64,000 bases of DNA from Dehalococcoidia bacterium (lineage in GTDB: Bacteria; Chloroflexota; Dehalococcoidia; UBA2979), in the NCBI GenBank assembly GCA_963667465.2, contig CAXXDN010000001.1, positions 256,001 to 320,000 on the forward strand, read 5' to 3'. Under the pieces are notes generated by a model. That model was not told the origin of the DNA and did no database searches. It was given only the letters and a program-made list of their open reading frames with translations. Positions 42,122-51,333 of this stretch are shown piece after piece. How positions within the stretch are numbered: the stretch's first letter is position 1; the number at the start of each line of letters is the position of its first letter. The position numbers and the translations under genes were made by a program.

Positions 42122-42853
42122 ATGCACGAGACGCTGAGCATCGAGCGCGAGGGCCGCGTCGCCACGCTGACCGTGACCCGGCCGCCCGTGAATGCGCTCG
42201 GCCTCGCCATGCTGGAGTCGCTGGCCGAGGAGCTACACCGCCTCGGTGACAACCCGGAGATCAGCGCGATTGTCTGGCGCAGCGGCGTGCCCGGAATCTT
42301 CAGCGGCGGTTTCGACCTCAACGACCCGCGCAGCGCCAGTGCTACGCCGATCCACACCCCACCCGGCGACCACCTGGTGCGCGTGCGCAACGCGCAAACT
42401 GCGCTGCTCGACGTGCCGGTGCCGATCATCGTCGCGATCAACGGCGCGGCAGTCGGCCTCGGAATGCTGATGCCGGCGCTCTGCGACATCGTGATCGCCG
42501 GAAGGAGCGCGCGCTTCGGGCTGCCCGAGATCCAGATCAACTCGATCGGCGGGGCCGGCCACGCGCGCCGCATCCTCCCGGAGCCGGTGCTCCGCTACCT
42601 GATGCTGACCGGCCGCCGCGTGACGCCCGAGTACCTCCAGCAGTGCGGCGCGATCGCGCTCGTCGTCGAGGACGACCAGCTTGACGCCGAGGCGCAGGCG
42701 ATCGCCTCCGAGATCGCGAGCTACGACCCCGTCGTGGTGCGCAACTCCAAGATCTCCCTCGAGGCGCTGCGCAAGATCGACGACGTGGCGCTGGCCTACT
42801 CGCTCGAGCACAAGTGGGGCGCCGCGCTCCGCTGGTCGCGCCAGCAGGGCTAG
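42122..42853 (+). CDS. Enoyl-CoA hydratase/isomerase
   Basis: RPPVNAL, FSGGFD, AINGAAVGLG, FGLPEI. Confidence 0.9.
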   Translation: MHETLSIEREGRVATLTVTRPPVNALGLAMLESLAEELHRLGDNPEISAIVWRSGVPGIFSGGFDLNDPRSASATPIHTPPGDHLVRVRNAQTALLDVPVPIIVAINGAAVGLGMLMPALCDIVIAGRSARFGLPEIQINSIGGAGHARRILPEPVLRYLMLTGRRVTPEYLQQCGAIALVVEDDQLDAEAQAIASEIASYDPVVVRNSKISLEALRKIDDVALAYSLEHKWGAALRWSRQQG

Positions 42854-42934
42854 GGTGGCGCGCCGCCTGCCGCCCGGCGCGCACGGGCCGCAATCGAAGC
42901 CGTGTAACATGATTGCGCACGGGAGCGAGCCGGG

Positions 42935-43492
42935 ATGACGACCACAAAGGCGAAGCTGCTGACCGCCGAGGATCTGCTGCGACTCGACAGCCGCGGTGTG
43001 CGCGGCGAACTGATCCGGGGGGTGCTCTGCGAAACCATGCCGACAGGACATGAGCACGGCAAGATCGTCATGAGGCTGGGCGCGGCGCTGTTCAACCTTG
43101 TGGACCCCGGGAAGCTGGGAACGATAGTCGCCTCGGACTCGGGCGTCCTGCTCGAGCGTGATCCCGACACCGTGCGCGAGCCGGACATCGCGTTCACCTC
43201 GGTGGAGAAGATCTCGCTCGACGCGCAGATCGTGGGCTACGCCGAGGCCGTGCCCGACCTGGTCGTCGAGGTGCGGTCCCCAAGCGACAGCCGCCGCGAG
43301 GTCCACGACAAGGCGCGAATGTGGCTGAGCCACGGCGTACGCATCGCCTGGGTCGTGCATCCAGACACGCGCACGGTGGACGTGCACCTGCCCGACCACC
43401 CTGCCGCCACCCTCGGCGCGAACGACAGCCTCGACGGCGCCGACGTGCTGCCCGGCTTCGCCCACCCCGTGAGCGCCATCTTCGAGGCGTAG
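42935..43492 (+). CDS. Uma2-family putative endonuclease
   Basis: ELIRG, REPDIAF, VPDLVVEVRSPSD, WVVHP, VLPGF. Confidence 0.9.
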   Translation: MTTTKAKLLTAEDLLRLDSRGVRGELIRGVLCETMPTGHEHGKIVMRLGAALFNLVDPGKLGTIVASDSGVLLERDPDTVREPDIAFTSVEKISLDAQIVGYAEAVPDLVVEVRSPSDSRREVHDKARMWLSHGVRIAWVVHPDTRTVDVHLPDHPAATLGANDSLDGADVLPGFAHPVSAIFEA

Positions 43493-43507
43493 GCGATCGG
43501 CACGCCG

Positions 43508-45991
43508 ATGCCGCCGTCAGCCGCAGCGCCGCCGCTCTCCGGCATCCGCGTGCTGGACCTGACCACCGCGCGCTGCGAGATCGGCGGCAGGATCCTCGCC
43601 GACCTCGGCGCCGAGGTGCTGAAGATCGAGCCGCCCGAGGGCTGCGACGCGCGCCGCATGCCGCCCTTCGGGGACGGCCGCGAGGGCGAGCCGGACGACT
43701 CGCTCTACTGGGCCGCCTACGGCGCGAGCAAGCGCAGCGTCGTGCTCGACCTCACCTCGGACGAGGGCCGCGCGGGCCTGCGCGCGCTGGCCGAGGGCGC
43801 CGACGTGCTGCTGGAATCGTTCGCGCCCGGTCACCTCGCGGCGCTCGGGCTCGGCTACGAGGACCTGCACGCGCTCAACCCCGCGCTCGTCTACGCCTCG
43901 ATCACGCCCTTTGGGCAGACCGGGCCGGACGCACAGTCGCCGGCGACCGAGCTGACGATCGAGGCGGCGGGCGGGCTGCTCTCGCTGCAGGGCGACGGCG
44001 ACCGCCCTCCCGTCCCGGTCGGCTACCCGCAGGCCGGGCTGCACGGCGGTGCGCAGGCCGCCGCCGACGCCGTCGTGGCGCTCGTCGAGCGCGACCGCTC
44101 CGGCCGCGGCCAGCACCTCGACGTCTCGATGCAGGCCTGCATGGTCTGGACGCTGATGGACGCGAGCGGTTACCCGCCGAACGAGGGCGGCGACAAACCC
44201 GGCTACGGCGACGACCGCGCCGAGCCCCGGCCTCCCCACCCCTCCGGCCTCCACCTGCCGCGCGTGGTCGCGGCCGCCGACGGCCACGTGATCACCACGA
44301 TGGGCGTCAACCTCCCGCAGCGCATCGCACTCAACGAGACCATCGCCTGGATGAAGAAGGACGGCGTCGAGTTCCCCGAGCGCCTGCGGTCGATCGACTG
44401 GGAGCGCTGGCACGAGCAGTTCGCCGACCCGAGCGCCGTGCCGGCGGAGACGCTGGCACTGATCGACGAGGCGGTCCTGCTCGCGGTCGAGTTCATCGGG
44501 ACCAGGCCGAAGCGCGAACTGAACGAGCGCGCCGTGGCGAGCGGGGCGCTGATCGCGCCGATCATGACCGCTGCCGATCTGCTCGCGGACCCGCAGCTCG
44601 CGGATCGCGACTACTGGAGGGAGGTCGCGGGCCGCCCGCACCCGGGACCGTTCGCCAAACCGAGCCGCACGCCGCTGCGCAGCCCGCAGCCAACCCCTGC
44701 CCTCGGCGAGGCGAACTCGCTGCTTGGCGAACCGCGCCGGCCAGCGCCAGCCGTACGCGCCGCAGCGAGCGCCGTCTCGACGCGTACGAGGGCGTTCGAG
44801 GGGCTGAAAGTCGCCGACTTCTCGTGGGTCGGCGTCGGTCCGCTGCTCGGCAAGGCGCTGGCCGACCACGGCGCGACCGTGGTGCGCGTCGAGACGGCGA
44901 AGCGCATCGACACCCTGCGCGGGATGGGGCCGTTCAAGGACGGCGTGCGGGACGTCAACCGGGCGCAGTTCTTTGCCAACTTCAACTCCTCGAAGCTGGG
45001 CATGACGCTGGACCTGTCGAGCGAGGGCGGCCGCTCCGCCGCGCGCAGACTCGCCGCCTGGGCGGACGTGGTCCTCGAGAGCTTCACGCCCGGGACGATG
45101 GAACGGCACGGGCTGGGCTGGGAGGCGCTGAGCCAGGGCCGCGACGATCTGCTGATGGTGCGCACCTGCCTGCGAGGGCAGACCGGTCCGGAGGCGGCGC
45201 TCACCGGCTTCGGCAGCCAGGGCGCCGCGCTGGCCGGGCTGCACGGCGTGACCGGCTGGCCGGACCGCCCGCCCGACGGGCCCTACGGCGCCTACACGGA
45301 CTTCATCAACCCGCGCTTCGGCCTCGCGGTGATTGCGGCGGCGCTCCGTGAGCGCGCCCGCAGCGGACGGGGCCAGCTGCTCGACATCTCGCAGGTCGAG
45401 GTCGGCATCCACTTCCTCGCGCCGCTCGTCCTCGACTACGCGGTCAACGGCCGCGTGGCGCCGCCCGCGGGGCACGACTCCCGCACCGCTTGCCCGCACG
45501 GCGTCTACCGGGTCGCCGGCGCCGAGCGCTACATCGCGATCGCCTGCGAGACGGCGGAGCAGTGGCGTGCGCTGCGCGATCTCGGCGGCCTCGAGGGCTT
45601 CGACGGCGCCGGGTTCGAGCACTACGAGGGCCGCCACGCCGCCCGCGATCGGATCGACGAGGCGCTTCGCGCCTGGTGCGCGGGGCACGACGGGCACGCC
45701 CTCGCCGCGCGGTTGAAGGCAGCGGGCGTCCCGGCCTCGGCGGTGCTGCGGGCGAGCGACCTCCACCGCGACGCGCAGCTCGCGCATCGCGGCTTCTTCG
45801 TCACGCTCGACCACCCGGAGATGGGTCCAACGCCCTACGACGGCCTCGCGACCAGCTACTCCGAGACGCCCGGCACGCCCCGCAAGCCCGCGCCGCTGCT
45901 AGGCGAGGACACGCACTACGTGCTCACAGAGCTGCTCGGCCACTCCGCCGAGGAGGTGGCGATCCTCGCGGCGAGCGGGGCGCTCACCTAG
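43508..45991 (+). CDS. Fused double-domain family III CoA transferase
   Basis: Two CaiB/BaiF modules (LADLGAEVLKIEPP; LADHGATVVRVE). Confidence 0.9.
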   Translation: MPPSAAAPPLSGIRVLDLTTARCEIGGRILADLGAEVLKIEPPEGCDARRMPPFGDGREGEPDDSLYWAAYGASKRSVVLDLTSDEGRAGLRALAEGADVLLESFAPGHLAALGLGYEDLHALNPALVYASITPFGQTGPDAQSPATELTIEAAGGLLSLQGDGDRPPVPVGYPQAGLHGGAQAAADAVVALVERDRSGRGQHLDVSMQACMVWTLMDASGYPPNEGGDKPGYGDDRAEPRPPHPSGLHLPRVVAAADGHVITTMGVNLPQRIALNETIAWMKKDGVEFPERLRSIDWERWHEQFADPSAVPAETLALIDEAVLLAVEFIGTRPKRELNERAVASGALIAPIMTAADLLADPQLADRDYWREVAGRPHPGPFAKPSRTPLRSPQPTPALGEANSLLGEPRRPAPAVRAAASAVSTRTRAFEGLKVADFSWVGVGPLLGKALADHGATVVRVETAKRIDTLRGMGPFKDGVRDVNRAQFFANFNSSKLGMTLDLSSEGGRSAARRLAAWADVVLESFTPGTMERHGLGWEALSQGRDDLLMVRTCLRGQTGPEAALTGFGSQGAALAGLHGVTGWPDRPPDGPYGAYTDFINPRFGLAVIAAALRERARSGRGQLLDISQVEVGIHFLAPLVLDYAVNGRVAPPAGHDSRTACPHGVYRVAGAERYIAIACETAEQWRALRDLGGLEGFDGAGFEHYEGRHAARDRIDEALRAWCAGHDGHALAARLKAAGVPASAVLRASDLHRDAQLAHRGFFVTLDHPEMGPTPYDGLATSYSETPGTPRKPAPLLGEDTHYVLTELLGHSAEEVAILAASGALT

Positions 45992-46023
45992 AATCACGAA
46001 CCACGCAGGTGGCCGGGGGTGCG

Positions 46024-46566
46024 ATGACCAGGGTCGAGGGCGAGTACGACATCGAGGCCGTGCGCGCCGAGTGGATCGGCAGGAAGACGCCGCTCTACCA
46101 CGGCCGCTACCCGGTCGAGTACGACCCGATCCGCCGCTACTGCCACATGGTGGAGGACGACAACCCGCTGTTCCTCGATCCCGCGTACGCGGTGACGACG
46201 AAGTGGGGCGGCGTAATCGTGCCGCCAGTAATGACCGACTACTTCGCGGGCAGCGGCGCCTGGCCCGAGGAAGACGAGCCCGCGCTCATCCTCCAGGTGC
46301 CGACGCGCGGCGACCGCACGATCAACCTCAGCATCAGTTGGGAGTTCATCCAGCCCGCCCGCATCGGCGACCGCCTCTCGCGGCAGACGGAGATCGAGGA
46401 GATCTACCAGAAGCCGACGCGGCTCGACCCGAAGTCGATCTGGATCGCCGCGGCGACGACGATCTTCAACCAGGACGGCGAGGTCGTGGCCATCGGCCGG
46501 AACACGATGGTCGCCCACCGCCGGCCCGAGGAGTTCGCGGCCGAACTCGAGGGGAACGGCGGATGA
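46024..46566 (+). CDS. MaoC-like dehydratase (N-terminal type)
   Basis: IRRYCHMVEDDNPLF, VPP, PARIGD. Confidence 0.85.
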   Translation: MTRVEGEYDIEAVRAEWIGRKTPLYHGRYPVEYDPIRRYCHMVEDDNPLFLDPAYAVTTKWGGVIVPPVMTDYFAGSGAWPEEDEPALILQVPTRGDRTINLSISWEFIQPARIGDRLSRQTEIEEIYQKPTRLDPKSIWIAAATTIFNQDGEVVAIGRNTMVAHRRPEEFAAELEGNGG

Positions 46567-47021
46567 GCGGCGAGCCGCGCACGCAGCGCTATTGGGACGA
46601 CGTCACCGCCGGCGAGGACGTCGAGGGCTTCACGTTCACGCTCGGCTGGACGGAAATGGCGAAGCAGGTCAGCGGCTCGCAAGACTTCCACAAGGTCCAC
46701 CACGACTTCGAGTTCGCGCGTGAGGGCGGACACGAGACGATCTTCTACAACACGGGATTCACGCGCGGCTGCCTCGGACGCCTGCTCACGGACTGGATGG
46801 GCCCGGAGGGCTGGATCCGGACGTTCGGCTTCCAGATGCGGCGCATGAACACGCCCGGCGACGTGATGTCCGTGAAAGGCCGCGTCACCGGCACGTCCGA
46901 GGGCGACGACCCCGAGACGGGCCTCGTCGACCTCGAGATCTGGATCGAGAACACGCGCGAGGGCGTGACGACGCCGGGCACTGCCACGGTGCTGCTGCCG
47001 CGGCGCGCTGAGGGGACATAG
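46563..47021 (+). CDS. MaoC-like dehydratase
   Basis: RYWDDVTAG, QDFHKVHHD hydratase motif; 4-bp overlap with the preceding gene. Confidence 0.85.
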   Translation: MSGEPRTQRYWDDVTAGEDVEGFTFTLGWTEMAKQVSGSQDFHKVHHDFEFAREGGHETIFYNTGFTRGCLGRLLTDWMGPEGWIRTFGFQMRRMNTPGDVMSVKGRVTGTSEGDDPETGLVDLEIWIENTREGVTTPGTATVLLPRRAEGT

Positions 47022-47025
47022 CACG

Positions 47026-47505
47026 ATGGCCAACGCAACGAAGACCGAGATCGAAGCAGGCGGGACCTACTTCCCGCAGCCCGTCGCCTACCCGGCCACG
47101 ATGAACGACGACCTCGACAAGCCGTTCATCGAGGGCACGCAACGCGGGGAGCTGTGGGTGCAGTTCTGTACCGCCTGCGAGCACTTCCAGTGGGGGCCGG
47201 AGTGGCTCTGCCACCGCTGCCTCAGCTATGACCTCGAGTGGCGGCAGGTGGAGGGGCGCGGGCGGATCTACTCCTGGGAGCGGGTCTGGCACCCGGTGCA
47301 CCCGGTGCTGCGGGAGGCCGTCCCCTACGTCGTGGTCGTCGTCGAACTGCCACACGCCGACGACATCCGCCTGGTCGGCAACCTGCTCGGCGATCCCGAG
47401 GAGGAGGTCGTGATCGGCAGCGCCGTCGAGGCCGTCTACGAGCACCACGCGGACGCCGACCCGCCGTTCACCCTCGTCCACTGGTCACGCCTCGAGAGCG
47501 AGTAG
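47026..47505 (+). CDS. DUF35 Zn-ribbon/OB-fold protein
   Basis: CTAC..CHRC, GRGRIYSW, VPYVVVVVEL. Confidence 0.88.
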   Translation: MANATKTEIEAGGTYFPQPVAYPATMNDDLDKPFIEGTQRGELWVQFCTACEHFQWGPEWLCHRCLSYDLEWRQVEGRGRIYSWERVWHPVHPVLREAVPYVVVVVELPHADDIRLVGNLLGDPEEEVVIGSAVEAVYEHHADADPPFTLVHWSRLESE

Positions 47506-47552
47506 CAGCCGGACGCGCGAATCGACCGAAGCGACAGCGAGAGGAGCGACGC

Positions 47553-48713
47553 ATGGACTTCCAGATGCCGGACGACGTCGTCGAATTCCGGGAGCAGATC
47601 CACGACTTCATCCGCCGGCACCGTACGCCGGAACTGGAGGAGGAGATCGCCGGGCACCACCTGCACGGCTACGGCCCGGCCGCCGAGACCTTCCTGCAGG
47701 CGCTCGCCGACGAGGGTCTGCCCTCGATCGCCTGGCCCGAGGAGTACGGCGGACGCGGCAAGGGCGCGCTCTACCTCTGGATCCTCTCCGAGGAGCTCGC
47801 ACGCGAGGGCATGCCCTGGGACACGCTCACCTTCAACTCCGTCAGCCCGACGATCATGCGCCACGGCAGCGAGGAGCAGCGGCTTGAACTGCTGCCGAAG
47901 GTCCTCACCGGCGAGATCCGCTTCGCCCTCGGCTACACCGAGCCGAACGCCGGCACCGACCTCGCGTCGCTGCAAACTCGCGCCGTCCGCGACGGCGACG
48001 AGTGGGTGCTCAACGGCCAGAAGATCTACACCTCCTCGGCGCACCTCGCGACGCACGTCTGGCTGGCCGCGCGCACGGACCCGGACGCGCCGAAGCACCG
48101 CGGCATCTCCACCTTCGTGGTGCCGCTGAGCACCCCGGGGATCACCGTGCGCCCGCTCTGGGTGATGGGCGAAGGCCGCACCAACGAGACGTTCTACGAG
48201 AACGTGCGCATCCCCGCCGACGCACTCGTCGGCGAGGAGAACCGCGGCTGGTACATCGTCACCGGCGCGCTCGACCTCGAGCGCGTCGCGATCGGCACCT
48301 ACCGCCCGCTGGAGCGCAGGGTGCAACACATCATCTCCTACCTCGTGGCCGAGCGCGGCGATCTGCTGGACGACCCGGCCACGCGCATGGCCGTCGCCGA
48401 GGCCTCGATGCGCGTCGAGGTGGGGCGCGCGCTGTCGACCAACAACGCGGCGATGGTGCACAACGACCTGGTGCCGACGATGGAAGCCGCGATGTCCAAG
48501 ATCTGGAAGGGCGACTCCAGCGAGCGCATCCACGACTCCTTCATGGACATCCTCGGCCGCAGCGGCGGGCTGCACGAGTCGAACGAGGACGCCCCGCTCG
48601 GCGGGATGCTTGAGGCTGGCTGGCGCAGCGACCCGCCCGGCCGCTTCGCAGGCGGCACCAACGACATCCAGCGCCGCGTGATCGCCACGCGCGGCCTGCA
48701 GCTGCCGCGATAG
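47553..48713 (+). CDS. Acyl-CoA dehydrogenase
   Basis: WPEEYGG, GYTEPNAGTDLASL, NGQKIYTS, GEENRGW, GGTNDIQR. Confidence 0.93.
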   Translation: MDFQMPDDVVEFREQIHDFIRRHRTPELEEEIAGHHLHGYGPAAETFLQALADEGLPSIAWPEEYGGRGKGALYLWILSEELAREGMPWDTLTFNSVSPTIMRHGSEEQRLELLPKVLTGEIRFALGYTEPNAGTDLASLQTRAVRDGDEWVLNGQKIYTSSAHLATHVWLAARTDPDAPKHRGISTFVVPLSTPGITVRPLWVMGEGRTNETFYENVRIPADALVGEENRGWYIVTGALDLERVAIGTYRPLERRVQHIISYLVAERGDLLDDPATRMAVAEASMRVEVGRALSTNNAAMVHNDLVPTMEAAMSKIWKGDSSERIHDSFMDILGRSGGLHESNEDAPLGGMLEAGWRSDPPGRFAGGTNDIQRRVIATRGLQLPR

Positions 48714-48723
48714 GAGGCGCACA

Positions 48724-49809
48724 ATGGACCTCCGGCCGAGCGAACTACAGGAAATTCTCCGCACCAGCGCCACCGAATTCTTCGAGCGCGAGGTGAGCTT
48801 CGAGCGGATCCGCGAGATCGAGGCGGCGAACCGCCCCGACGAGCAGTTGCAGGGCCAGCTGACCGAGCTGGGCTGGAACTCGCTGGCGATCTCCGAGGAC
48901 TACGGCGGCCAGGGCGGGACCGTGCTCGACGCGGGCGTGCTGATCACCCAGATCTGCCGCGCCGCGCTGCCCTCGCCGCTCGCCAGCACCCTCGTCGGCG
49001 CGGTCACGATTGAGCGCCACGGCGACGAGGCGCTGAAGACCTCGCTGCTGCCGCAGCTCAACAGCGGACTCACGATCTCGCCCGCGCTGCTCGAGGCGTC
49101 GGACTCGCTCTACGGCCCGGTCACGGCGGAGTACGCCGGCGGCGCGGTCACGGGCGAGAAGCGCTTCGTCGAGTTCGGCGAGACCAGCGACGTGCACCTT
49201 GTTGCTGCGATGCGTGACGGCGCGCCGGGCCTCGCCGTCGTGCGCCGCGACCAGCCGGGCGTAACGGCCCGCGACACGCGCACGATTGGCGCGCTGCCGC
49301 AGGCGACCGTCCACTACGACGGCGCCGTGGCCGAGGCCTGGATCGAGGGCGCGGACGCCATCGAGACGATGCGCCGCCTCGGGGCGGCGGTCGCCGCGTT
49401 CGAGACCTACACCTACGCGCAGAAGGCGCTCGACCTGACGGTCGACTACGTGCAGATGCGGGTGCAGTTCGGGCAGCCGATCGGCGCGTTCCAGATGGTG
49501 CAGATGCGCTGCGCGGACATGGCGACGATCGTCGAGGGCTCACGCTTCCTCGTGCACGAGCTGCTGTGGCAGATCGACGAGGGCCTCGACACGCGCCGGC
49601 AGGTCGCGGTGGTGAAAGCGGTGACGGCGAAGATGGCCCCGCAGGTCCTGCAGGATTGCCACCTGCTGCACGGCGGCATCGGCTACATGCAGGAGTACGA
49701 CCTGCACTTCTTCACCCGTCGCGGCCGCGACGCCGCACTGCGCTGGGGCAGCGCCCGCGAGACGATGAACATCGTCACCGAGGAGGCCTTCGCCGCCGCC
49801 TCGGCGTAG
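48724..49809 (+). CDS. Acyl-CoA dehydrogenase (partner subunit)
   Basis: RVQFGQPIGAFQ, HGGIGY..EYDL; degenerate middle domain. Confidence 0.88.
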   Translation: MDLRPSELQEILRTSATEFFEREVSFERIREIEAANRPDEQLQGQLTELGWNSLAISEDYGGQGGTVLDAGVLITQICRAALPSPLASTLVGAVTIERHGDEALKTSLLPQLNSGLTISPALLEASDSLYGPVTAEYAGGAVTGEKRFVEFGETSDVHLVAAMRDGAPGLAVVRRDQPGVTARDTRTIGALPQATVHYDGAVAEAWIEGADAIETMRRLGAAVAAFETYTYAQKALDLTVDYVQMRVQFGQPIGAFQMVQMRCADMATIVEGSRFLVHELLWQIDEGLDTRRQVAVVKAVTAKMAPQVLQDCHLLHGGIGYMQEYDLHFFTRRGRDAALRWGSARETMNIVTEEAFAAASA

Positions 49810-49899
49810 CGGGGAGGGCGGTGCTGCCTATTCTCGTTTCGGAGCGATTTCGAAAATAAGACCGCCGATTGTTTTCGTTACCGCAAGTAAGGGCAGCAA

Positions 49900-51249
49900 C
49901 TATGGAAGCCGTCCGCGAAGCGCGGCGGCGGCGAGGCGTCGTGATGAATCGGCGCTTCCGTCGGAGAACGCGACACCTTCCTGGCGTAGCAAGTCTGTCG
50001 GATCACGAGTGTCCGCGGGATCACTCCAACGGAAGCCCTCAGCGATCTGACCTTCAGCCGTCAGCACGCGGTGTGCGGATGAGCAATCGTCGCATGCCGT
50101 AATGTGCCCGCCTACCGCTCGTGCGGAGCTATCGATGGCATCCGCAAGGTCACCGTAGGTGGTCCACTCGCCTGGCTCCAACCGCTCCAGCAAGGTATGC
50201 AGGCCAGACCAGTCGCGGGCTGCCGACGCTGCACCGAGACCAGCCAGAGTAGAGAGGGTCTTGCCATTCTCGGTCTTCCAAGCCCGTGGGCCAGAGATGA
50301 CCGCAGGGCGCTCGCCGGTCGCCCGCTCGACAATCTCCTTCGCCAGCCCAGTCGGACTCCAATCTTCACCGAGCCTCCACCTCAGCGGACGGACCGAGTC
50401 ATTCCTCCAAGCCACCAAGCCTCGCTGTGGATCCTCCCTTATCCACTCCTCAACGCGGCTACGCCAGGCAGGCCGAATCCCTCTCAACTCGAGCTCAAGT
50501 AACTCGCCATCGTCAATGGCACCTTCGGCAACAAGCGTTGCGACAGCATTCCGTTCGCGGCGCGTGCGAACGCGCTCGTCGGCCGCCCGAAGTTCCGCCT
50601 GCCCCGGGGAGACCGTGAAGTCCTCAACGTCCGCCACAGGCCATGTCTGCGAGACGGTGAGCACGAGGTCGTTCGCCGTGCGGTAGGCGTTGAACTCGAT
50701 CAGGGAGACCTTCAGGCCCATCTCTGTCAACCACGCCACACTCGCTGTGACCTGGGGTGGAAAGCTAGCCGCCATCAGCACGATCCGCGGCCGACGAAGC
50801 AGCTCAGTATCGAGCTCACCGCCGACATGCTCGTTGATCCGGGCAAGGGCTTCCTCAGCCGACACCGTTTCATCGGTGACCTTCGACAGGTATGCGGCGT
50901 GAGCAACTGCCAGCGTCTGCGGGGTGAAGCGGCTGGCGAACGCGGCGTACTTGATCGCCTGCATCTCGACGGTGTCCGGGGCCGGGCCGCGCTTCAGTTC
51001 GGCCAAGACGAGATAGCCGTCCGCATCGAGCCCGAGCAGGTCGAGGCGGTCGGCCTCGCGCCCTCTCCTCGACCACCACGCATCGAACTCGAAGGTCACG
51101 ATGTAGACGCCGTCGCCGAGGATCTCAGGATTCTTGCGCACCCACTCCTGCAAGTGGGCCCGCTCGCGGAAGCCCGCTTCCGCGAGGCTGATCTGCGTTG
51201 CGGGCGTGGCAGCCCCGGGCTTGACCGTGAAGACCAACTCGCCAGGCAT
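49900..51249 (-). CDS. NucS/EndoMS-like PD-(D/E)XK nuclease fused to RAMA-like and alkyltransferase-like (ATL) domains
   Basis: ERAHLQEW..RLDLLGLD..LAELKR..QAIKY; WSPTGLA..SGPRAW..GKTL; PGEWTTYGDLA..ARAVG..AHRV. Confidence 0.75.
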   Translation of the reverse strand: MPGELVFTVKPGAATPATQISLAEAGFRERAHLQEWVRKNPEILGDGVYIVTFEFDAWWSRRGREADRLDLLGLDADGYLVLAELKRGPAPDTVEMQAIKYAAFASRFTPQTLAVAHAAYLSKVTDETVSAEEALARINEHVGGELDTELLRRPRIVLMAASFPPQVTASVAWLTEMGLKVSLIEFNAYRTANDLVLTVSQTWPVADVEDFTVSPGQAELRAADERVRTRRERNAVATLVAEGAIDDGELLELELRGIRPAWRSRVEEWIREDPQRGLVAWRNDSVRPLRWRLGEDWSPTGLAKEIVERATGERPAVISGPRAWKTENGKTLSTLAGLGAASAARDWSGLHTLLERLEPGEWTTYGDLADAIDSSARAVGGHITACDDCSSAHRVLTAEGQIAEGFRWSDPADTRDPTDLLRQEGVAFSDGSADSSRRLAAAALRGRLP

Positions 51250-51333
51250 GAAGCAACACCCCCTGCTCCCGGCGCAGGCTACGCAAATGCCGAGGGGCTG
51301 TCACTGGCGCTCGGCGAGCACCCGCCCGGATCG

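Noticed and set aside
50439-50447. DnaA-box-like TTATCCACT
   Set aside because: Single mismatched copy inside a coding region
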